Source of the DNA: Bacillota bacterium
GTDB lineage: Bacteria; Bacillota; Clostridia; Christensenellales; SZUA-584
Length of the DNA: 64,000 bases
Reading direction: 5' to 3'
Assembly: GCA_023406895.1 (NCBI GenBank)
Contig: JAEXTV010000030.1
Span: 13,921 to 77,920 of the forward strand
Position numbers and translations under genes: made by a program. The notes under the pieces are model-generated. The model did not search any database and was not told where the DNA came from. It saw nothing but the letters and a program-made list of their open reading frames with translations. Positions 36,761 to 44,118 of the stretch are shown one piece after another; the stretch's first letter is position 1; each line of letters begins with the position of its first letter.

Positions 36761-37945
36761 CTATCGTCTCCCGAATTTTCTGAACAGGAATACCAGCCCC
36801 GCAATCAGGGCCAGTATGATCACAACGCCCACGATGCCCCAGAGCGTGGAGGTTTTGACAGCCACGCGAAAATCAGCCTGGCTGCTCGTTTCGTTTGTGC
36901 TGGCCGACATGGAAACAACGTAATCGCCAGCGATGGCATCCGAAGACGCTTTGATATGCGCGATGACCTGCTTTGTTTCACCGGCCGCGAGCGTGTCGAT
37001 GGATTTTTCGTCGAATGAGACGGCCCAATCATTGGGCGCTGTGGCGGTGAGCACCACGTTGCTTAAATCGGAGCTGCCCGTGTTGGTCAAGCTGAGTGTG
37101 ATATCGCTGGTTCGTCCCGCGTAAGCGTCGGCGCTCAGCAGCCCTGTCGGCGTGGACAGCGTCATACTGTAAGTGCCCGTGATGACAACGGTCAGATCGG
37201 TTTTGAGCGTTTCATTGGCCGAAACGGCCGCGCAGGAGATTTTGTATTCGCCTGCCGTCACGTTCTGCGGCGGAATGATGTTCACAGTGAGATTCTGCGT
37301 GCTGCCCTTATCAAGGCTGAGGCTTGCGATCTGTTTGCTCGCAGCCATGATGGATGTTTGCCATCCTTCGGGCGCAGACGCGCTGAGGCTGTACGACTGT
37401 GCTTCGGCGCTGTTGTTCACAAGATCCACGGGGAAAGCAAAGGTGGCTGTGCTTGCGCCCTGAAGCGTGGGGTATTGAGAGGAAAACTTGCCCTGCGTGA
37501 TTTCCTGTCCCGTTACGTTGAGCTCCAACTCAAACGTATCGGTGGCGCCGTTGTCTCCCGTGGCCAGTAGATCAATTTTATACGGCCCTTCGGGTGTATC
37601 GGCGGGCACGGAAGCGATGAAGCTGACACTGACGCTGTCGCTGCCGTTGACATACACACGCGTCACCGGGCTGCTGTTGCCCACAAATTTGCCGGTCCAG
37701 CCTTCCGGCATTGACGCAGCTGATAGCCCGATAGTCTGTGCAGAGGCACTGTCGTTTGCCACCGTAATCGTGAAAGTCACGTCTTTGCCCGCGTTCACCG
37801 AAATCCCGGGGAAGGTGGTGCTGAGACTGATACCGCCGTCCGCGCGTGCCACAGTCGGCACGGCAGTAAATACGAGAGCCGCGATACATGAAACGATGCA
37901 AAGAAAAATGGCTGCCTGTTTGATTTGTTTTGTGAAACGCTGCAT
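36761..37945 (-). CDS. Secreted, C-terminally membrane-anchored protein with three Ig-like (NEW3/CARDB-like) repeats
   Basis: Signal peptide. Three roughly 110-aa repeats sharing ...(L/V)xNxS(A/S)...(S/T)A(S/P)xxW...AG(E/D)Y.... C-terminal TM plus basic tail (FRKFGRR). Confidence 0.7.
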   Translation of the reverse strand: MQRFTKQIKQAAIFLCIVSCIAALVFTAVPTVARADGGISLSTTFPGISVNAGKDVTFTITVANDSASAQTIGLSAASMPEGWTGKFVGNSSPVTRVYVNGSDSVSVSFIASVPADTPEGPYKIDLLATGDNGATDTFELELNVTGQEITQGKFSSQYPTLQGASTATFAFPVDLVNNSAEAQSYSLSASAPEGWQTSIMAASKQIASLSLDKGSTQNLTVNIIPPQNVTAGEYKISCAAVSANETLKTDLTVVITGTYSMTLSTPTGLLSADAYAGRTSDITLSLTNTGSSDLSNVVLTATAPNDWAVSFDEKSIDTLAAGETKQVIAHIKASSDAIAGDYVVSMSASTNETSSQADFRVAVKTSTLWGIVGVVIILALIAGLVFLFRKFGRR

Positions 37946-38073
37946 AGCTTAAATAATCCTCCTTTATCTATGCCAAATTTACATAGACTTAGACGATGAG
38001 CCCAAATCAAACGCTACATGAATAATGGGAATAAATTGTTAAAAAATTTTGGATAAAAAATGAAGAGTCAATG

Positions 38074-38538
38074 TTACTTTTGCACAACGGGGACCCACAA
38101 TTCGCAGTCACCGTTGGTGTGCCCAGGGTAGTATTCGAAATAACAGCCGTGAGCGTCGTCGGGGACGTACCCCGACTCAGGTATCGCGGTGTAGAAGAAT
38201 TCCGTCCATGCGTCAACGAGGTTTGCGCCCGCAGGAACCTTTGTGACGGCGTACTCCGCAGCCGCAATCACCTTTAAAACAGCTCCTTCTGGAACCCGGA
38301 TGGTTTTATCCACGGAAACACCGAGCAAATAGAAAAAGCTTTTATGCCCCAGCGTGTACCATTCAACCCCGAAAAAGCCCGGCTCAGCGCCTTTTAAGCC
38401 AAACAGCGTTTTATCCCTGCCCGAATCAAAAAAGTCGCCGAATAGTTTCTGCAGATCCGCATCGTTGTTATTAAGCGTGGTTTCCACGGCATAGCCGCAC
38501 ACGGCAAACCCGCTCCTGCTGACGATTTGAACATTCAT
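38074..38538 (-). CDS. GyrI-like small-molecule-binding domain protein
   Basis: Length of about 154 aa and beta-alpha-beta-beta repeat pattern (FAVCGYAVET ... YAVTKVP ... CYFEYYP) typical of AraC-effector-binding/GyrI-like proteins. The start at ATG 38538 is chosen because 38592 would place the terminator hairpin in the coding sequence. Confidence 0.65.
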   Translation of the reverse strand: MNVQIVSRSGFAVCGYAVETTLNNNDADLQKLFGDFFDSGRDKTLFGLKGAEPGFFGVEWYTLGHKSFFYLLGVSVDKTIRVPEGAVLKVIAAAEYAVTKVPAGANLVDAWTEFFYTAIPESGYVPDDAHGCYFEYYPGHTNGDCELWVPVVQK

Positions 38539-38566
38539 CTTCTTTCGCTCTTTTCGCCGATATAAT

Positions 38567-38588
38567 AAAAGGGGGGTACTCCCCCCCC
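38567..38588 (-). terminator. G8/C6 homopolymer hairpin terminator (minus strand)
   Basis: Minus strand reads GGGGGGGG-AGTA-CCCCCC-TTTT, immediately after the LRR gene stop. Confidence 0.65.
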
Positions 38589-38597
38589 ACACATATC

Positions 38598-39482
38598 TTA
38601 TGTTGTGCGCGAGACGCGAAGGTCCGGCCTCAGCGTTTTGAGCTTTTTGATGGCTGCGTCGGTGACCGCGGTCGCTTTCACAAGATCGAGCTTCTTCAAA
38701 TGCTTCAGCGACGCGAAACGCAGCACATCATCGTCCGTGGGTTTAAGCCCGATAGACTCATTCCATTCCGCTTCGAGCATCAGCTCATAAAGGTTATCAA
38801 GAAGCAGGATTTGATCCATAAGCGCTGCCCATCGTTCCCGGCTTAAAAAACGAATATCCATTTTAAGGCGCCGCAGCCTTTTGACCTCTCCCAATTTCAG
38901 CACGGTTTTGGATTGTGAGAGCGTCTCGCTGAAAAACGATACGCCGCAAAGCTGCGGCAGCTTAAAGATGGTTTGAAGGCCATCGTCCGAGATATTCGGT
39001 GCGGGCTTCACCCAAAGCGGAATATCGCTGACGGGAGACCGCCACCTCTTTACGTATTTTCCGAGAGAACCGTCGTCGAAGCGCATGTCCATACGCAGCA
39101 GCCAGCCCGAATCATACGCTTTGCCGAGCCATTTTTGGCTGCCGACGGTTTTTATGGCCTTTGGCGTGCAGGCAAAGGTTCCTTTGCCTTCCGCAAACGA
39201 AACGGTGTACATCCCCAGATCACCAAAAAGGCTCATGGCGGTTGCGGCACCCATATCATCCCAAAACGCCGGTCTGCAGTGCATCCACGCGCTGCGGCGT
39301 TTGATAATCGCCTGTTCATATTCAGGGCTGTTAAACGGATACCGTTTGGTGATCACACATGCGCGAATAAATTCCGCACGGTCGCCCTGTCCGTTTGCCT
39401 CGTACCAGTCGGCAAGAGACAATCGAAGCGCATCATTATCGTAGTCATCCCGAATGGCTGCAATCAATTCCTGCTCAGTCAT
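38598..39482 (-). CDS. TIGR02996 (repeat-companion) domain protein with C-terminal leucine-rich repeats
   Basis: The N-terminus ELIAAIRDDYDNDALRLSLADWYEANGQGDRAEFIRACV matches the remembered TIGR02996 pattern (..PDDD..RLVYADWLEE.GD..RAEFIR). C-terminal LKHLKKLDLVKATAVTDAAIKKLKTL is LRR-like. Confidence 0.7.
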   Translation of the reverse strand: MTEQELIAAIRDDYDNDALRLSLADWYEANGQGDRAEFIRACVITKRYPFNSPEYEQAIIKRRSAWMHCRPAFWDDMGAATAMSLFGDLGMYTVSFAEGKGTFACTPKAIKTVGSQKWLGKAYDSGWLLRMDMRFDDGSLGKYVKRWRSPVSDIPLWVKPAPNISDDGLQTIFKLPQLCGVSFFSETLSQSKTVLKLGEVKRLRRLKMDIRFLSRERWAALMDQILLLDNLYELMLEAEWNESIGLKPTDDDVLRFASLKHLKKLDLVKATAVTDAAIKKLKTLRPDLRVSRTT

Positions 39483-39571
39483 TTAAGCCCCCTAAGATAA
39501 AAATCATATAAGACAGACTGCGGACGCATCATATTTTTTGCTTTTATTTTCCTAAATGAACCAATGCGTCA

Positions 39572-39597
39572 GATAAATAATGCCGTTTTTAACGGCA
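39572..39597 (-). terminator. Possible terminator downstream of the cat-like gene
   Basis: TGCCGTT-TTT-AACGGCA hairpin, with a T-rich run following on the minus strand. Confidence 0.4.
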
Positions 39598-39763
39598 GAT
39601 TTCATACTATTCGACATGAATGTTCAAAAGTCCTTGGATTTTGTAAAAAACGAAAAGAAATCAAACAAATATGATATTTTAACATAAATTCCTGCTGTAA
39701 TAACTCAAAATAATGCATACTGGCTGCGCAAAATAAGGAAAGAAGATGTTTTTGACTATTCAT

Positions 39764-40387
39764 TTATTCATCAAGAAGCTGCTGGAGACAATCATAGTAG
39801 CGTCCCATATGAATGCCGTCCACAAACGAATGGTGTGCCTGCACGGAAAACGGCAGCAGCATTTTTCCGCCGTCCATGAAATATTTGCCCCATGCAAGGC
39901 GCGGCACCGAATCGTTCTTGTTGAATGAGATGGTATGCGAAAGATTGGTGAACGAGACCCACGGAATGCAGGTGATATAAATCAAATCATCGCGGCCCTC
40001 CACATCCTCACGAACAAAATACGCGGCCTGCTTTTCGGATCTTTCTTTGGCGTTACGCACAAAGTCTTCAATATTATCCGTCATATCCACCGTGACCATT
40101 TTAAAAAGCTCTGAGCCTGCGGACATATCCGTGAATGAAGGGTGGATGGTATCGTGCAGCACCACGTTATCGCCCTGAATGCGGTAGCGAAACGCCTCCA
40201 CCTGATTGATGGCGTAAGTTGCGGCATAGATCATCGCATAATAAAACGGGATATCTCTTTGCTTCATGGCCGAGAGAAAACGCGTGATATCCACGTTGGC
40301 GCAAATCAGGTATTGCGGATAATCCATGCGACGGAAAAACTGATAATGCGTCGCGCGCTCCCATGTATCGAGATTGATGATTTTCAT
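39764..40387 (-). CDS. Type A chloramphenicol O-acetyltransferase family protein
   Basis: CAT-family length and motifs: N-terminal W.R..HY.FF and the catalytic-site block LLPFSVQAHHSFVDGIHMG (the HHxxxDG signature). Confidence 0.8.
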   Translation of the reverse strand: MKIINLDTWERATHYQFFRRMDYPQYLICANVDITRFLSAMKQRDIPFYYAMIYAATYAINQVEAFRYRIQGDNVVLHDTIHPSFTDMSAGSELFKMVTVDMTDNIEDFVRNAKERSEKQAAYFVREDVEGRDDLIYITCIPWVSFTNLSHTISFNKNDSVPRLAWGKYFMDGGKMLLPFSVQAHHSFVDGIHMGRYYDCLQQLLDE

Positions 40388-40537
40388 TGGGAAGCCTACG
40401 AGTATGCCTTATTTTACTACATAAGAGAAGAAAACGAAAGAGGTCACTTCATTTTCCCACCCCTTCACTTGACAAAACTACCGCCTAAAACTATCCTTAA
40501 TAAATAATAAAAAGACGAAAAATCGCAGGAGAGCTTT

Positions 40538-42490
40538 ATGAAAAAGTATTACATCACGACGCCCATCTACTACCCGAGCGACAAGCTGCACATCGGGCAT
40601 TCCTATACCACCGTCGCGGCGGACGCACTCGCGCGCTTCAAACGCCAAACCGGGTACGACGTTATGTTCTTAACGGGCACCGACGAGCACGGCCAGAAGA
40701 TTGAGCGCGTGGCGAAAAACGCGGGTATGGAGCCCAAGGAATATGTGGACGGCATCGTGGACGGCATTCAAAAGCTCTGGAAGCTCATGGACATCAGCCA
40801 CGACGATTTTATACGCACCACGGACGAGCGGCACGTGGCAACCGTCCAGAAGATTTTCAAAAAGCTCTATGATCAGGGCGATATTTATAAAGGCCATTAT
40901 GAGGGCTGGTACTGCACGCCGTGCGAGGCCTACTGGCTCGAGCGGCAGCTTGTGGACGGCAAATGCCCGGACTGCGGCCGCCCCGTTGAGCTTGCGAAGG
41001 AAGAAGCGTACTTCTTCAATATGAGCAAGTATGCCGACCGTCTGATACAGTATATCAACGATCATCCCGAGTTCATACAGCCCGAAAGCCGCCGCAATGA
41101 GATGCTCAACAACTTCCTGCTGCCGGGCCTTGAAGACCTTTGCGTGTCGCGCACATCGTTCAAGTGGGGCATTCCGGTCGATTTTGACCCGAATCATGTG
41201 GTGTATGTGTGGATCGACGCGCTCTCAAATTATATTTCGGCGCTCGGATACCTTTCGGGCGATGATACATTGTTTAATAAATTCTGGCCCGCGGATGTGC
41301 ATCTTGTCGGCAAGGAGATCATGCGGTTCCATACGATCATATGGCCGATTCTGCTGATGGCGCTGGGTCTGCCGATACCCAAGCAGGTGTACGGCCACGG
41401 CTGGCTCATGCTCGAGGGCGGCAAGATGAGCAAATCGAAGGGTAACGTGGTGGACCCCGTGAAGCTGATCGACCGCTATGGCGTGGATGCCGTGCGCTAT
41501 TTTCTGCTGCGCGAGGTGCCTTTTGGCTCCGACGGGCTTTATTCGAGCGAAGCGCTCTTGACGCGCACCAACAGCGACCTTGCGAACGACCTTGGCAACC
41601 TGGTCTCGCGCACAGCCGCGATGATCGTCAAATACTTCGGTGGCGTGATACCGTCCGAATACGAAGCGACCGAGTTTGACGCCGATATCAGGGCACAGGG
41701 GTCGGCGCTGCATACGCAGGTGGAGCGGCACATGGACGAACTGCGCCTGCCCGAAGCGCTGATGGACATCTGGGGCTATATCGGCGCGCTCAATAAATAC
41801 ATCGATTTAACCGCGCCGTGGGTGCTCGCCAAGGATGAAGCGAACAAGGGCCAGCTCGCGAGCGTGATGATTCACCTCGCGGAAGGGCTGCGCATCGTTT
41901 CGGTGTTGCTAATCCCGTTCCTCACGGACACCGCGAAACGCATACAGGATATTCTCGGCGTCAACGACGATGCGCTCGTGACATGGGAGAGCATCGCCGA
42001 ATTCGGGCCCAAGGTTTTGGGCCTCCATGTGACGCAGACCGCGCCGCTGTTCCCGCGCATCGACATCAAAAAAGAGCTCGAAGCGCTCGAGGAGATTGCG
42101 GATAACCGCACGCTGCAAAAGCAAAAGAAGCTGCCCGCCAAGGAGCAAAAGGACGAAGCGCCCGCGGGTATCATCACCTACGACGATTTCAAAAAGGTGC
42201 AGCTCAAGCTCGGCCTCGTGAAGCAGGCAGAAACCATAGAGGGCAGCGACAAGCTCTTAAAGCTGCAGGTGGAAATCGGCAGCGAAACACGCCAGATCGT
42301 TTCGGGCATCCGCAAATGGTACAGCCCGGAGCAGATCACCGGTAAGACTGTGGTGGTGGTTGCGAACTTAAAGCCCGCCAAGCTGTTCGGCGTGGAATCG
42401 CAGGGCATGCTGCTCGCCGCGGAGCAGGACGGCGACCTGAAGCTCGTTACGATCGACGGCAGCCTGCCGAGCGGTGCGGGCGTTTCGTGA
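40538..42490 (+). CDS. metG: Methionine--tRNA ligase with C-terminal tRNA-binding (EMAP/Trbp111-like) domain
   Basis: HIGH motif (LHIGHSYT), KMSKS motif, zinc knuckle CPDCG, and a C-terminal OB-fold segment (KLLKLQVEIG ... VANLKPAKLFG). Confidence 0.95.
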   Translation: MKKYYITTPIYYPSDKLHIGHSYTTVAADALARFKRQTGYDVMFLTGTDEHGQKIERVAKNAGMEPKEYVDGIVDGIQKLWKLMDISHDDFIRTTDERHVATVQKIFKKLYDQGDIYKGHYEGWYCTPCEAYWLERQLVDGKCPDCGRPVELAKEEAYFFNMSKYADRLIQYINDHPEFIQPESRRNEMLNNFLLPGLEDLCVSRTSFKWGIPVDFDPNHVVYVWIDALSNYISALGYLSGDDTLFNKFWPADVHLVGKEIMRFHTIIWPILLMALGLPIPKQVYGHGWLMLEGGKMSKSKGNVVDPVKLIDRYGVDAVRYFLLREVPFGSDGLYSSEALLTRTNSDLANDLGNLVSRTAAMIVKYFGGVIPSEYEATEFDADIRAQGSALHTQVERHMDELRLPEALMDIWGYIGALNKYIDLTAPWVLAKDEANKGQLASVMIHLAEGLRIVSVLLIPFLTDTAKRIQDILGVNDDALVTWESIAEFGPKVLGLHVTQTAPLFPRIDIKKELEALEEIADNRTLQKQKKLPAKEQKDEAPAGIITYDDFKKVQLKLGLVKQAETIEGSDKLLKLQVEIGSETRQIVSGIRKWYSPEQITGKTVVVVANLKPAKLFGVESQGMLLAAEQDGDLKLVTIDGSLPSGAGVS

Positions 42491-43251
42491 TGGCGCTTTT
42501 TGATACGCACGCGCACCTGCTGAGCGAGCAATTTGACGAAGACAGAGCGGCACTCATTGAGCGGCTGCCTTCGCTCGGCATCGCGGGGCTCATCGAAATC
42601 GGCACAACGATGGACGACAGCCGGGCTGCGGCTCAGCTCGCTGCGGATGTGGATTATATCTACGCGGCGGTCGGTGTGCATCCGCATGAGGCAAAGGACG
42701 CGCCAAAAGATACTATTGAACAGCTCGCGATGCTCGCGGCAAGCCCTAAGGTGGTGGCTGTCGGCGAGATTGGCCTTGACTACCATTACGACTTATCTCC
42801 GAGAAACGTGCAGCAAGATTTGTTCTCGGCGCAGCTCGCGCTTGCAAAGCGCCTTGGTTTGCCCGTGGCCATCCACATGCGCGAGGCCACGCAGGATACG
42901 CTTGCGATACTGCGAGAGCATCCGGGGCTGACGGGCGTGATGCACTGCTATTCGGGCAGCCCCGAAACCGCGGAGATTCTTGTGGACATGGGGCTTTGCG
43001 TGTCGTTTACGGGTTCGGTCACGTTCAAAAACGCGCGAACGACGGTGGAAGCTGCCGCTGTGGTGCCGCTGAATCGCATCATGGCCGAGACGGACTGCCC
43101 ATATCTCTCGCCAGAGCCGGTGCGCGGACGCCGCAACGATCCGTCGAACGTGCGTCATGTGCTGCAAAAACTCGCGGACATCAAAGGCATACCGTTTGAC
43201 GATATGTGCCGCATCAACATAGAAAACGCAAAAGGACTGTATCATATATAA
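42490..43251 (+). CDS. TatD family metal-dependent hydrolase (YabD-like)
   Basis: MALFDTHAHL N-terminus and the HxH plus EIGLDYHY motifs. The start overlaps the metG stop; GTG 42487 is an alternative. Confidence 0.9.
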   Translation: MALFDTHAHLLSEQFDEDRAALIERLPSLGIAGLIEIGTTMDDSRAAAQLAADVDYIYAAVGVHPHEAKDAPKDTIEQLAMLAASPKVVAVGEIGLDYHYDLSPRNVQQDLFSAQLALAKRLGLPVAIHMREATQDTLAILREHPGLTGVMHCYSGSPETAEILVDMGLCVSFTGSVTFKNARTTVEAAAVVPLNRIMAETDCPYLSPEPVRGRRNDPSNVRHVLQKLADIKGIPFDDMCRINIENAKGLYHI

Positions 43252-43844
43252 TGAGTGACACGCTTATATACCGCATCGGCGGTGCTGTTTACATCAACCT
43301 GACCAACAAGTGCACAAACCGCTGCACATTTTGCCTGCGCGAAACAAACGACGGCGTGGACGGCTATCATCTGTGGCTCAAGAAGGATCCCGAGGCGGCT
43401 GAGGTTATCGCGGCGCTTGAGCAGGAAAATGATGTGAGCGAGACTGTTTTCTGCGGCTTCGGAGAAAGCACCATGCGCCTGGAGACGCTGCTTGAGGTGG
43501 CGCGCTATTTGAAGACGCGCGGCAGCCATGTGCGGCTGGATACCAATGGACAGGGCAGCGCGTACGCGGGGCGCAATATCGCGCCGGAGCTCAAAGGACT
43601 TGTGGACACCGTGTCCATCAGTCTCAACGCGTCGGACGCGGAAAAGTACGACGCGATTTGCCAAAGCATATACGGTGAAGAGGGCTTTGATCACATGCTC
43701 GCATTCGCGAAAAGCTGCATCCGGGAGGGCATTGAGACGGTGCTCTCAGTGGTGGATGTGATCGGCGCTGAGGAGATTGCGAAGTGCCAAAAAATTGCGG
43801 ATGATGTCGGCGCGCGGCTGCGTGTGAGGCACTATATCGAGTAG
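43251..43844 (+). CDS. TatD-associated radical SAM protein (TIGR04038-like)
   Basis: CTNRCTFC radical-SAM cluster motif near the N-terminus. About 197 aa. TAATG coupling to the tatD-like gene. Confidence 0.8.
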   Translation: MSDTLIYRIGGAVYINLTNKCTNRCTFCLRETNDGVDGYHLWLKKDPEAAEVIAALEQENDVSETVFCGFGESTMRLETLLEVARYLKTRGSHVRLDTNGQGSAYAGRNIAPELKGLVDTVSISLNASDAEKYDAICQSIYGEEGFDHMLAFAKSCIREGIETVLSVVDVIGAEEIAKCQKIADDVGARLRVRHYIE

Positions 43845-43880
43845 GACAACCATAAATATTAAAACGACCGGTATTAAGAA

Positions 43881-43918
43881 AAGGCGCATTTGAAACGAAA
43901 AATGCGCCTTTATTATTT
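43881..43918 (+). terminator. Intrinsic terminator
   Basis: AAGGCGCATT ... AATGCGCCTT 10-bp stem followed by TATTATTT. Confidence 0.8.
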
Positions 43919-43966
43919 CAAGGCAAATAATACAAACATTTTCCCAAATTCAAGGGAGTTTCTTGT

Positions 43967-44094
43967 TTGACGCCTATATATGGTGTTTATTATAATAAGC
44001 GTATACAACAATTTGGAACACTGAATTTACCGTGACATCGTTGTTTCCTCAGATAATAAGCTTTGGCATTGCCAAATTCACACCATATAATCAT
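43967..44094 (+). promoter_or_regulatory. Two candidate promoters for nrdDG, each overlapped by an NrdR-box-like AT-rich palindrome
   Basis: TTGACG-18-TATAAT (43967-96) with CGCCTATATATGGTGT (43971-86; 12 of 16 matches to my recollection of the NrdR box). TTGGCA-17-TATAAT (44063-91) with ACACCATATAATCATA (44079-94; good left half only). Confidence 0.35.
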
Positions 44095-44118
44095 ACTAAA
44101 AAGAATAAGGGGGCAAGT

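Noticed and set aside
38539-38592. N-terminal extension MWGGSTPLLLYRRKERKK of the GyrI-like ORF
   Set aside because: It would translate through the G8/C6 terminator hairpin. The family-like N-terminus begins at MNVQIV (ATG 38538).
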